In this document: in pieces, positions 34,984-47,664 of the stretch
Layout of the letters: the number at the start of each line of letters is the position of its first letter
Position numbering within the stretch: the stretch's first letter is position 1
Origin: Eledone cirrhosa
Taxonomy: Eukaryota
Direction of reading: 5' to 3'
NCBI GenBank assembly: GCA_964016885.1
Contig: OZ024740.1
Span: 329,096,001 to 329,160,000, forward strand
Length of the DNA stretch: 64,000 nucleotides
The notes under the pieces: model-generated
Told to the model about the DNA's origin: nothing
Database searches by the model: none
Seen by the model: the letters and a program-made list of their open reading frames with translations, nothing else
Translations under genes and position numbers: made by a program

Positions 34984-37370
34984 CCTGAAAGCAACAGCAA
35001 ATGCGGTGAGGAAATTACTTGGCATAAAAGCGAGAGGAAACAACAAACAAGAAAGATCAAAACCTTCGTGGAAGAAACGACTGAATGGTCAAATCAGGGA
35101 AATGAGAAATGACATTGGAAAGCTTGAGTCCCTACTGGAAAGGAATATGGAAGCAGGATGTTGAACATAATGAACACAAAAGGTACCACAGTTCTGGTAA
35201 TGAAAGACCGAATCAAGGGTAATGATGTTACCAACTATAGGCCTATCACATGTCTGTCCATAATGTGGAAACTGTTAACACGCATTGTTTCTGAGGAAAT
35301 CTACCATCACCTCCACATAAACAACTTGTTACCAGACGAACAGAAAAGATGCCGAAAGAAGTCGCGTAGTACAAAAGACCAGTTACTTATTAATAAGATG
35401 GTAATGAGGAATTACAAGAGGAGGCACACTGGTCTTGCCATGGCATGGATAGATTACAAAAAGGCATTCGACATGGTACCTCATTCTTGGTACCAAAAGC
35501 CTAGAGATCTTCAAGGTGGCAGATAACATGAGACAGTTGTTGAGCACAAGTATGAAGTCCTGGGAAACAGAGTTAACATCGGGTGGAGAATCCTTGGGAG
35601 GCGTGAAGATCAAGAGAGGTATCTTCCAGGGAGATAGTTTGTCCCCTCTGCTGTTTGTCCTTGCCCTGATACCCATGACCGTTATATTGAGAAAGGTGAG
35701 AGCAAGATACAAGTTGGAAAAAGGAGAGCTTACCATCAACCACCTCCTCTTCATGGACGATCTTAAACTCTTTGGGAAGAGTGAGAAGGAGTTGGATGTA
35801 ATTGTCGACACTGTCCGTATTTTCAGCAATGATATATGTATGGAATTTTGTATTAATAAGTGTGGAGTCCTTGTGATGAAGAGGGTTAAATTGTGCAGAA
35901 GTAACGGAATCCAGGTACTAACAGGTGAGATGATAAAGAAAATTGACACTGAAGAGGAATACAAATATTTAGGGGTTCTGGAGGCCGATGACATCAAGAA
36001 CAAAAAAAATGAAGAAATTGATAAGATCTGAGTACATAAGAAGGAGAGTAAGGAGATAATTAAAATCACATCTAAATAGTAGGAATGTCATAAGTGCAGT
36101 AAATTCCCGAGCTGCGTCTATTATTAGCTACAGTGCGGGAATTCTGAAATGGAATGTTACTGAACAAAAAGAAAATGATAGGAAGACTAGGAAGCTATTG
36201 ATTATCTACAATATGTTCCACAAGAGGAGTGATGACGTTAGACTCTACTTAAAGAGATCTGAAGGTGGAAGAGGTCTTATCAGCATAGAGGACTGCGTTC
36301 AGATGGAGAAAAAAACCTGCACAAACACGTGATTGACAGTAAGGAGCCAATGCTCAAAATTGTACTGAAGGAGAAGAGAGTAGACCAGGGGATGTCCAAG
36401 GAGGAAATAACAATAAGGAGGAAGAGCATCCTTCATGAAAAATCCCTTCATAGTATCTTCTTTAAGAAAACTGAATTTAGAGATCCTCAGACCTGGAACT
36501 GGTTAAAAAGAGGAGACCTTAAAAAAGCTACAGAAAGAACGCTAATGGCTGCGCAACAGCAAGCCGTCAGAACGAAGTGGGTGAAGCACCATATTTACAC
36601 GGAGGAGGCTAGATCACTGTGTAGGATATGTGGAGAGAGAGAGGAGACTGTGGCTCACATTGTATCCGAGTGTAAACACCTAGCCCAGACTCACTATAAA
36701 GGCTAGAGACATGATGTGATGGGCAGGGTGATCCACTGGCACCTATGCAAAGTAAACAATTTACCACATTCTGAGAAGTGGTACGGGCATAAGCCAGAGT
36801 TATAGAAAACGATCAGGTGGAGGTGCTGTGGGATTTTAGGATACAGACGGACAAGATACTGGAACACAATAGGCCTGACCTGGTGGTTTTGGACAAGGAA
36901 AAAAGATCGTCCCTGATTGTAGATGTAGCCTGCCCATAGTTGAGGGAGAAAATTAAATGATACCAGGATTTAAAATGGAAGTACAAAAGGATTTGGAACT
37001 GCCATGAAATCAAGATTGTCCCGATTGTCATAGGTGCACTAGGTACTATCTCAAAGAGTTCCAAGGTTGGTTAAAGAAGATTAGTCCAGCCCCGCTTTTT
37101 GGAACACTTCAAAAGGCATGCTTGCTGGGAACAGCAAGAACCCTCCGATACGTCCTAAATATCTGAGGCTGCAGGTAGCGGCGTGATATTCATTTCAACA
37201 AACTTTCCAGTTAAATAACTGTTTCTACTTTAGGCACACGGCCAGCAATTAACCAGTGCATTACTGGTACTTTATTTTATCGACCCTGTAAGGATAAAAG
37301 GCAAAGTCAACCTCGTCGGGATTTGAAGTTTCCAGTTAAATAACATCAATGACTGAGACTCAAAGAACCA
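34984..37370 (+). mobile_element. 5'-truncated R4/Dong-clade non-LTR retrotransposon (RT and restriction-like endonuclease), decayed
   Basis: NYRPITCL, WIDYKKAFDMVPHSW, RGIFQGDSLSPLLF, LFMDDLKL, CRICGEREETVAHIVSEC..RHD, LWDFRIQTD..NRPDLVV..VDVACP. Flanked by (AAT)n, the known Dong-type target. Confidence 0.88.
37220..37328 (-). mobile_element. 5'-truncated SINE inserted in the Dong 3'UTR with 16-bp TSD
   Basis: TTTCCAGTTAAATAAC occurs at 37204-37219 and 37329-37344. Confidence 0.9.
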
Positions 37371-37391
37371 TAACAATGATAATAATAATAA

Positions 37392-37580
37392 TTGTTTCTA
37401 CCTTTGGCAAAAGGCCAGCAATTATCCCAGTGTATTACTGGTACTTTATTTTATCGACCCCGTAAGGATGAAAGGCAAAGTTAACCTCGGCGGCATTTGA
37501 ATTCAGAACGGCAAGGGAAGTAACTCTATGCGTCAAAACATGGCGTACGACCCTCTACCGATACTGCCAATCCACCGCCC
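37392..37580 (-). mobile_element. tRNA-derived SINE, full length
   Basis: 5' GGGCGGTGGATTGGCAGTATCGG, family core, (ATT)n tail. ATGATAATAATAATA occurs on both sides. Confidence 0.9.
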
Positions 37581-37635
37581 TTATGATAATAATAATAATA
37601 TCCCCTATGATAATAATAATAATAATAATATGTAT

Positions 37636-37645
37636 ACACACACAC

Positions 37646-37742
<97 letters not shown>

Positions 37743-37756
37743 TACACACACACACA
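37636..37756. repeat. (CA)n microsatellite
   Basis: Direct sequence. Confidence 0.95.
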
Positions 37757-38399
37757 TATGCATTTATACATAGGTAGGATTTCCTTACGGAAACCTACCG
37801 AACAACAAAGTATCAGACGCCTAAATTAGCTCAAAACACCCCACCGATTCGCATTTACACAGTTAGATATTGAAGAGACCGAATCGCCCTCAATTTTGGA
37901 TTTGTCTCATGTGAATATCTACCAGTGAGCATATACATTAAAATCATATTCCCGGAAGTGTACTAAATACTTGTGTCTATCAACAGAAAAATACTACATA
38001 TAAGAGATCTTTCAACGTGGAATGTAGTCCACACAGTATTAGAGTCGTCCACACAGTATCATCGTGGGAAACGTTATATATATACTCATAGTTTTGAGTT
38101 TCCTGTTTTTGCGTTCAATATTTGTTAGCTGTGTGTTATTACTGGTGGATGCAAGAGGTTGTGTAAGTAATGTAAGTTAAGCAATAGACTATGATGTATG
38201 TTGTTAACACGAATCCTTTGTTATAGGTGTCCCAAAGTACTGGGTTTTCTTGTGGGCGAACATCCATGTTTGATCTGATTACTTCGTATATTATTTAACG
38301 GAATGAATAATGAAGTTAATTGAATTATTCAGATGATTCTGTGATAATTCGATCAACTTCTGCTAACTGTATTTGTCCCCTTCTCTCTAAATACACACA

Positions 38400-38459
38400 C
38401 ATCCTTACGGGGTAGATAAAATAAAGTACCAGTAACATACTGGTGTAATTACTGGCCTT
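38400..38459 (+). mobile_element. SINE 3' fragment
   Basis: ATCCTTACGGGGTAGATAAAATAAAGTACCAGTAA..CTGGCCTT matches the SINE core. Confidence 0.8.
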
Positions 38460-38572
38460 ATATATATATGTATATATATATATATATGTATATATATGTA
38501 AATATATATAACCAGAATGGTTGCATTTTTTCAGGGTATGTCAATATTTATTTATAAAACTAACCTATATTA

Positions 38573-38638
38573 TATTTTATCTGATGAAAGCGCACCATAG
38601 TTTGCCTTGGTGGCCCTTGAAATATATATAATGAAATA
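38573..38638 (+). ncRNA. Type I minimal hammerhead-like motif (family H2) in a ~150-bp repeat between (TA)n tracts
   Basis: TATTTTAT-CTGATGA-...-GAA-ATATATAT-A-ATGAAATA. 38534-38680 is near-identical to 3520-3665. Confidence 0.62.
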
Positions 38639-38860
38639 AATATGGTTTTATAAATATAGTTTCCATTTGTTAATATATTGTATATATATATATATATATA
38701 TATAGTTTAATAAATGAACAGAGAACAAAAAACAGAGAGGCAGTAAAAATGATATGGTTCTTAGTTTCACGCTTGAGAGTGGGGTGTGGGTGTGGGTGGG
38801 GGACATATATATATATATATATATAATACTGTTCTATATTTTTAAGACGAGGAATTATTT

Positions 38861-39745
38861 ACGGATAGGTGTCTTCATCTTGTTTTGATGTTAACACCAC
38901 AACGTTCCGGCTGATGTACTCTCCAGTCTTCATCAGGTGTCCTAGTGACGTTATTATTAACGTTTGTTCGGGTCACTGCCTAGATTTGTACTCGGAATCT
39001 TGAGGCTAGTAGCCCGCTTTTAAACCACTCCCCCCCCCAAGCCCACGTGATTTTTTCTTCTTTTATTCTCGTGAATTTTAGGGCGTATAAACTGATATTT
39101 TTCGCTCCTTCCTCAATACCGGTTCCCATATACTACTCATATCTGCACTATTCAAGAGTAATACAACACTTCGCAAATATCTCCTTCGAGTAGAACCACC
39201 AATAGAAGAGATATGACCAAAGACTGCGTCCCATGCAGTTGTGGTAGGTTATACAAAGGCTAAATAGACCGCCCCCTCGAAATAAGGGTAGAAAAACATC
39301 GTAAAACTGTGACACGAGGAGAGATCGATAAATCAGGTATAGCTGATCATGTATGGAAAAACGGAAACCACCTTCTCTGTGGGATGAAGTTAAAATAATA
39401 GACAGTGAACACCACTGGAAAACACGAAAACTAAAAGAGGCAGCATATATGCTAGGACACAATAATCTCCTAAGCAGACCTAGTGCAGATATGAGTAGTA
39501 TATGGGAACCGGTATTGAGGAAGGATAGAAAAATATCTGTTTATACGCCCTAAAAATTCACGAGAAAAAAAAGAACAAAAATAAATCACGAGGAAAAAAA
39601 AAGTGGTTAAAAAGCGAGTACAAATCTAGGCTGTGACCTGAACAAACGTTAATAATAACATCACTAGGACACCTGATGAAGGCTGGAGAGTACATCAGCC
39701 GAAACTTTGTGTTAACAACAAAACAGGATGAGGACACCTATCCGT
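38861..39745 (+). mobile_element. 5'-truncated Penelope-like element: GIY-YIG endonuclease C-terminus with inverted pseudo-LTR
   Basis: RPLEIRVEKHRK..SGIADHVW..WDEVKIIDSEHHWKTRKLKEAAYM (PLE GIY-YIG). 38861-39150 is an inverted copy of 39481-39745. Both arms hold a hammerhead core. Confidence 0.9.
39668..39713 (+). ncRNA. PLE pseudo-LTR hammerhead ribozyme motif (mirror copy at ~38893-38941, minus strand)
   Basis: Stem I GACAC/GTGTT, CTGATGA-A, stem II GGCTG/CAGCC, GAAAC. The two-arm consensus gives a palindromic ACGT stem III. Each arm has substitutions. Confidence 0.75.
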
Positions 39746-39748
39746 CCA

Positions 39749-39797
<49 letters not shown>

Positions 39798-39803
<6 letters not shown>

Positions 39804-39879
39804 CAATCGTAATATTTATAATAAGTGAATCAAGTTGCGTTGGTTTATGTGTTGAGTATTAAAATACTATTGTTGCTGC

Positions 39880-39931
<52 letters not shown>

Positions 39932-40163
39932 CAAAGGAATTGTGGTAAGGTACCTGATGGACCATAACGCACCAGAGTACTCTGGGAAATAGGAAAAAGT
40001 ATGACCCCGATGGCAGAGCTCAAGCCGTTTCGACGGCTATTTCTGAGTCCAGAAATAGCCGTCGAAACGGCTTGAGCTCTGCCGTCGGGGTCATACTTTT
40101 TCCTATTTCCCAGAGTACTTTGGTGCGTTATGGTCCATCAGGTACCTTACCACAATTCCTTTG

Positions 40164-40207
<44 letters not shown>

Positions 40208-40289
40208 GCAGCAACAATAGTATTTTAATACTCAACACATAAACCAACGCAACTTGATTCACTTATTATAAATATTACGATTGACAATA
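39798..40289. repeat. ~490-bp near-perfect palindrome with 4-nt loop (40046-40049)
   Basis: The arms are reverse complements apart from about two substitutions and (TA)n length. Confidence 0.95.
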
Positions 40290-40620
40290 ATATATTGTAA
40301 TGTTTCATTGAAAGGGTTTGTAATTTCAAATAATCAAACGTAGCACGCTCATGGCAAAGTAAATTGTATATTTGGATAGGTTATGTTACATGTCAAAGAA
40401 GGTTCCAGTAGTTAGTGTCTCGCAGGAAGAACACAGATATTTCATTATGTTAGAAAATGGAAGAAGCTTTAGAAGAATGATGCGGGAAAAGAAGTATAAC
40501 CGATTCGTGATAAACAGTACACACACACAAGCAGAAACACAATGAGACACGCACATACACACACACACGTATAAACTATACACATATATTCACAAGTGTA
40601 TGACTATATATATATATGTG

Positions 40621-40687
<67 letters not shown>

Positions 40688-41224
40688 TGAACATTTCCAA
40701 CGGCTTAAATGCGTATAGTAGATTATAACGCTTATGGGTTGAATACTTAGAAAGTGGTGCTTTTAATATAAAAGATGTGGACAGATACATGCATAGTAAA
40801 TATTTCTTTGAAAAGGAACACTAAAGATTCGAAAGAAAGAAAATAATTAAACATCGTAGAAGCCTTACAAAAGGTATTTTGAACAACTATGTATTTAAAT
40901 TGCTATGGAGGGAATTATATTTAGCTTGTGAAATGAACTGAAAAATTCAAAAACGAATGAGCTTACAGTGGCTATTCAATTTAAATTGATATGTAGACAG
41001 TAAGTACACAGTAAGCAGATAGGCAGTAAATTCAGATAGATCGTGAGAGAGAGAGAGAGATAGAGAGAGAGGAAGAAAGAGAGCGAGAGAGAGTTATCGA
41101 TATGTTGATAAATTGACGGGCTTCACGCACTCACGTATGTATACGTGTATTTTCCGCGTATACGTGTATGTGTTTACGTTTACTTAGTCCAGACTTACAT
41201 TTATGAATGTATGTATATGTTCAT

Positions 41225-41403
41225 AATTGTTTCTACTTTAGGCACAAGGCCAGCAATTATCCAGTGCATTACTGGTACTTTATTTTATCGACCCCGTAAG
41301 GATGAAAGGCAAAGTCAACCTCGGCGGGATTTGAACTCAGATCGTAAAGGGACGTAACTATGCTGGAAAGCATGGCGTCTGACCCTCCACCGATACTGCC
41401 AAT
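41225..41403 (-). mobile_element. tRNA-derived SINE
   Basis: Family match with A and B boxes. ATGTTCATAAT direct repeat on both sides. Confidence 0.9.
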
Positions 41404-42028
41404 GTTCATAATGTGAATGTAAGGCAGGACTAAGTAAACTCATACACGCACAAATACAAATACATATACATACGTGTGTGTGTGAAGCCCCTCAATTTAT
41501 CAACATATCGAGATATATATATATGTATGTAAAAGGTAACAGAAATAACAACACAATCGGTTATATATTATATATTCGTGTACAGATATATGTGCATACA
41601 CAAAAACAAAATATAAACAAACGTATTTATTTCACGAAAGCACAGGCGGTTTATCGTCATTGTTACTGCCGATATGCCACCCAAAAAGACCCATTACTTT
41701 TGGCACAAGGCCAGCAATTACATAGTCAACGGTTCGGAAATCACATGCAACACTGACGAGTTTACTCCTTACTCTATCAGTTAGTCTTAGTGTACTTCGA
41801 CTTGCTTTTAGGTCATGCCTCGAAGGAAGAGATACTCCATTGGCCGAAATGCGGCAAAAGCGCCAAGAATAAGAACAAGGCGGGCAAACGAACCATCAGT
41901 GGAATCTGCTATTCGACGGTCGCAAGGCCGAGGTATTCCGTACTTCTCTGTACTGTTTCAGAAAGGAGGGATAGACATGCCAATCTATGTTTAGAATCCC
42001 GAGCAACGCCGGGCCATTCTGCTAGTAT

Positions 42029-42029
<1 letters not shown>

Positions 42030-42122
<93 letters not shown>

Positions 42123-42171
42123 GCGTGTGTGCGTTTACTTTGTCCTGCCTTATATTTAGATATGAATGTAC

Positions 42172-42237
<66 letters not shown>

Positions 42238-42302
42238 ATATAGAGAGAGAGATGTGTGCATATATATATATATATATATGTGTATATATATATATATATA
42301 TA
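42030..42302. repeat. (TA)n/(TG)n/(GA)n compound microsatellite
   Basis: Direct sequence. Confidence 0.9.
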
Positions 42303-42442
42303 CATTTTGAGTATATGTTCGTTGTATACCAACACCTCAGTATGCAGTCTGGAGCACTCGACGAGGTGCGCAGGTTGGTTTGGTTACTCCGGAGTAATGT
42401 AAAATAAATAAGTCAAATGTTTAAAATTTAGCTTCGTTTATT

Positions 42443-42497
42443 ACTGCTATATATATTTCGGTGACAGCCATCTTTGGCTGTGACCTCTTCAGGCAGT
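42443..42497 (-). ncRNA. Type I minimal hammerhead ribozyme motif (family H3)
   Basis: Minus strand ACTGC-CTGAAGA-GGTCACAGCC-AAAGAT-GGCTGTCACC-GAA-ATATATAT-A-GCAGT: intact core, perfect 5-bp stem I, long stem II, palindromic stem III. Confidence 0.82.
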
Positions 42498-43689
42498 CCG
42501 AATTAGTGTGGTATAGACAAGTACATATGTTGTTGAGGTGTATCATTTTGTCAATACTCTGATATGCCCAGTTCCTGGTTGGGTTGTTATTTCACTGAGG
42601 AACTGGAATCATATGAATTCAAACAAACGAATTTCAGTGTCAAAGGGCCTCTTCTCCTCTCATTGGTCAGTTGTTAGAACATTCCTCATTCAAAAGTCTA
42701 TAGAAATTCGTTCTGAGGCAAGCCAATCTGTAGTTGTTGTTCTTGTTATTGTTAGGTACATCTGACCTCAATGCTTGTGTTGGTAGTGTTCTTATTGTTG
42801 GAGTTAGCTTAAAAAATTGATACAGAGACACCCTGTATATATATTAATTAGAAATCGAAGTAACGTAGCGTGGTTAATCATTTAGGTGTATATGAAAGCA
42901 TATATTATATGTTTATGTACAACAAACATAGGAGAGTTTTGTTAATACTTTTTGTATAAGCTGTGATCATGTCAAAGTTGTCACATATCACACTTGTATG
43001 GCTTTTGCGTATAAAGACTCGGTTGGATATATTAGTTTGCATAAAGAGCGAACATGACTGGGGGGAAGGGGAGAAACGAGAATTGCTTATCTCAGCGTTT
43101 GGTATATAAAACCCATATAGGTTTTAGCTTATTATGTCTCAGTTACGAATTAATACATGTCAATGGTGACGGATAAAAACAGAAATCGCTATCTGGCATT
43201 CTCACCGCTACTGAAATAGCTGGACATGATTGCAGCTTACGAAAAAAAAAAAAGTAGCAAAACTTATATATGTTGATTATACATAAACATACCCTAAATG
43301 CTTTCATATAGAGACTATGCTGAACCATGCCATGTTAAAGTTACTTCTAATTACCACTCTTACACACGGAAAGTTCCCATTATATGCAAATAACCATCCC
43401 CAGCCAATGTTTATACGCAAAAAATACGTTTTAGCCTATTTTCTCTCTGCAGTGAGTAAATGTCACTGATGGTTTCTTTCGAATAAAACGGTTCTAGTCC
43501 AGTAGGAAGACGGCCGATTGAACAGGAAAGTCGAGACTAGTAATAGGTAGTAACCTAACCACTTAATGCTGGTCGATATTTCGATCTCCACATTTCAATC
43601 GACACTCTGAAACGATCGTAAAACAATGAACTACATCTCTCCCTACACCTGACTTTTGTTTGTAGTGTTCAAACACACACAAATATCTA

Positions 43690-44715
43690 AATGACTCTGT
43701 AACATGGAGGATTTGGTGAATGGGTTCGCCGCTATCGTCTGTCTGTCTTCGACTGGGCTCTCAGTCATGTGACACGCAAAGACCGGCACTGGGCGCCAGG
43801 CATCTGAAATGTTGTCAGATACTCGCAACCCAATACGAATCGTGCAACGCGTTTAGTGGAAATTCCCCTTTGGCGTTCTATAAAGGTGTGGAGATAGGGA
43901 AATGTAACTACGGACTCGAGGAGACTGTAGATGTCGATGAAAATGGTCCGAACCCTATGGATAATTTCAAGATACCCTAGACCTCACAGTGCTATAGAGG
44001 GGAACTTCCGGTTCGAAATAAACTTTACTGGCATGGAAGTACTATCAGAAGGACCTATCCGATATCTACGGAGAGCGACGAAACTGTTCTGTTCGTACTC
44101 TTCCAGTGCCCGGGAATTGCTGGCGTGTGGATATTTGTCGAACAACTATTGTCGCGTGTAGGACAGATCCAGTTATCGACTGACTTCATCGTAAAGATCA
44201 CGCCACCATCTTCATTTACCCGGGAGAAACATGCAATTTTCTTCTATCTAGTGGCTGTAGCGAAAGTGGTTGTGTGGTGGATCCGAGTGATGACAGGAAC
44301 TTTTATCCTAGGCCAATCCCCCATCAACTTTTTCAAATTCCACATGGAAAGGAATGTGAGGGTGGAGAGGTAAGTGGAGGCTCCCTCCCCACCACCAGTA
44401 TATTTGTTAATGTAGCAACGATCGTCCGAGAGAATGGGCCTACTCTGAGCATGCGCCTGTAAACTAGATAGTTCAGAGATGAGAAAGACGATTTTCTAGT
44501 GTGGCCTTGGTGATTAGGATGATTTCGGATCTGTGGGCATCCCAAACTACATCAGTGTAATGCGACCCCCTATTGTGGACTTATGTTATTATCATGTTAT
44601 TCTTAATTGTTTTCTGTATTCCTTTTTTAGGCGTTTCATTTAAATTCTCACTGACCTTGTTCCTTTGTTTTGCCCTCCATGTTTCGTCCCAAGAGGGAAA
44701 TAAATAAATAGTAAT
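43690..44715 (+). mobile_element. Old 5'-truncated Tx1-clade LINE 3' fragment
   Basis: LAFYKGVEIGKC..PMDNFK, WIFVEQLLSRVGQIQLS..INFFKFHMERNVRVER is homologous to the ORF2 C-termini of copies A-E. Ends in AATAAA...ATTATT. Confidence 0.85.
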
Positions 44716-44751
44716 TATTATTGTTAGATTGATATTATTAGTACTATATCA

Positions 44752-45045
44752 ATACTAGTAGCAGCAGCAGCTGCAACAGTAATAGTAGTAGAAGCAGTAG
44801 TCGAAGTAGTAGTAGTAGTAGTAGTAGTAGAAGTAGTAGTCGAAGCAGTAGTTGAAGTAGTCGTCGTCGTCATCGTCATCGTAGTAGTAGTAGTAGTAGT
44901 AGCAGTATTATTACTAGTAGTTGTTGTAACGTAGTAATAGTTATAGCATTACTACTAGTAGTAATGTAGTAATAGTACCATTAGTAACCGCAGTAGTAGT
45001 AACAACATTAGTAATACTAGAAATAACAGCAAAAGTATTAGTATT
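44752..45045. repeat. Degenerate (AGT)n microsatellite
   Basis: Direct sequence. Confidence 0.85.
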
Positions 45046-45651
45046 TGTAACATGATTATGCAATTGAAATATATGTTTACCGTTTCTCGTGACATTAGAA
45101 CTCATAGCATAAGGTATATTTCACGTATGATGAGCTTCGTGTTTGAAAGCAAATGGAATGTCAAGACAGGAAGGAAATAAGATCTATCAACATCAATAAC
45201 AATTCCAATAGTCGCTTTCTATTCTCAGTCTCGTTAATTAGAAATTGAATGAGTATCCTACGGGGCATTTCCACATCAAGACTTACTTCCTTGTACGAAC
45301 TTGAAAACGATATATTCTCAACCAATATTTAATTGAAAAGTAGTGTAAATTTATTCTTCATTTTCGTTTCATTCTTGATGCTGTTGTTATCTTTACGGTT
45401 AGGTTCTTAACTTCTTCTTATTATTCCTCTTCTTATTATTATCGGTCTGTTCGGACGCTTTTTGCTCGCTCCTAGTAAGTCGCTTTATTTGCCTATTAAA
45501 ATTATTTGTTGTTAAATAATTATTGTTGTGTAAGGGATATAAGCACTTAGACCTTGCCCTGTGAAGGAGAAAGTATAATATTTTGGCCTTTTGGCCCAAA
45601 TATTTGAACATTTTACTTTTAAAAAAATTGTTTTTAAAACAAAAAGAAAAC

Positions 45652-47626
45652 ATGGCTGAGCCACGCCCCCCAGCAATATGTCTGCTGTCGTCTGACAACG
45701 GCGTAAAAGTTGGGAGGAGGGTTACAAATATTGTTACAGCAGACACCATCACAAACAACGTGAACAAAGACAACACTGAGAACACGAATTTCGAAAACAT
45801 TACCACACGAACTACAACAATAACAGCGTCAACCAAAATACAGACAACAGAAAAACTTGACAACAGATGCAACAACGATATTAACACCACTAACAAGAAA
45901 ATAAACAACGACAACACCAACAGAAACAATACAAATTGCACCGAAAACAACAACAACGGTGGCACCAAAAACACAACCAACTACAACAGTAATAACAGCA
46001 ACAACACCAACAACACCGTTCGTAGCAGTAGCAACAGCAACAACACCAACAACAAGACCAGTAGCGGCAGCAATAATGGTGCCGCTGAAAAAGGGGCCAC
46101 TTCTTTCGCAGGTGTGGCCCGAAATATAGAAACAGGGCTGGTCACGGAGGAGGAGATGGCAGTCGCAAGAGCCATGGTGTCGAGAAACGACAACATAGTT
46201 TCTCTGAAACATCCACCCGATTTCTTCAAAGACCAGCAACTGCGCACGGTGACTTACCGCACCGTAATCAAAATGTCGCGTCAGGTGGAGAGAGCCATGG
46301 AGGCTCAAATCCAAAAGGCCTTGATTGGCGTCTGGTAGTGCAAAACCCACATCACCCGAGGCAAAAAGTACGGCACAGTAGACGTACTTTTCGCCACCCT
46401 CCAAGAGGCGAAGTCTCATGCTTTGGAAACCCTAAAGAGTGAGGAGATAGTGTTGGTGCCCCCCTACTGCGGGCAGAAAATTGTGAGGGTCAAAGTGACC
46501 CAGGTCCCGCCCAACGTGCCCATACTTTGGCTGGCCGCGTCTGTACTGGCTGGAATCGAGAAGTCCATCATACTGCAAATAAAGAGGATGGGAAGAGAGA
46601 ACTGGTCAGGAATAGGCATGCAAATGCTAATACAGACTGACCAGGAGTGCATCCAGGCCATCCCAGACGTCATAGACCTCGAAGAAGGGCTCCATCTCCC
46701 TATAAGCGTGCAAGGAAGGCGCCCAAAGTGCTATCTCTGTGTGCAGAAGAGTCAGCTCAGGGCCTTCTGCCCGCAGAAGACATCCAAGAAGAGGGCACCC
46801 CTCCTTCCGACGCCTGATCCGCTGCTACAAAGAGCAGGGCAGGCAACAGAGGCAGAAGACCCTTCCATGGTGAGTAGGATGGCAACGTCCGTAGAACCCA
46901 TACCAAGGCCACGGACAACTAAAGCAGCGGCAGCAGTGGCGGCAACACCAACAGTCGCAGTAGCTACGCCGGCGATAAAAACGCCGGAGCGGGCTCCACT
47001 ATCACCACCAACAGCAGTGGAGCTCATGCCTCTCCCAGACGCCGCGGGGTCTGACATGGAGTGTGCGGCGGAAGGGAAGTGGCAAACGGTCTGCCACAAC
47101 AAAACAAAAAAGAAAAAAACACCCTTAGCTTGACCCTACATAAGCGAATGCAGACAAAGAGTGTTAAAGGCTGCAAGGAGACTTGCAGCAACACCATCAC
47201 CATCACAAGCATCACCACCAACAACAACCACACCAGCATCTGCAAAAACACCAACATCGCAAACACAACAAAACACACACACCAACAGCAACAACAAGAA
47301 AACAGCAACAAAATCGCCCCTCCCCCACAAAAAGTACACAATCATAAGCATGGCAAATAAAGAACTCCTACAACATTTAAAGCAGCACACAGACATCACA
47401 GAAAAAAACTACTACACCCCACCAACACCAAGAAATCTCCCGACAAACATAAGCATCATTGAAATCTCAATAGAACATTACAAACTTTTAAAGCAAAAAT
47501 TCACCAATTGGCGACTTCAGAGGGTCAGTTAACAAGAGGATATACACCGACATCCTCTTGGAAACATCCATGACCAGCCAAAGGGACTGTTCTACTGTCC
47601 CTTCACCACACGGTCAAGGTAAGTGA
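45652..47626 (+). pseudogene. Tx1 copy C ORF1, interrupted
   Basis: MAEPRPPAIC..., TVTYRTV..AQIQKAL, YCGQKIVRVK, CYLCVQKSQLRAFC. Confidence 0.8.
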
Positions 47627-47664
47627 TCCTTTCTCACAAGGTAAGTGATCATTTTTCATCCAAC

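Noticed and set aside
41812-41860. Possible hammerhead (..CTCGAAGG..GGCCGAAAT)
   Set aside because: The core and stem II are too degenerate to support.
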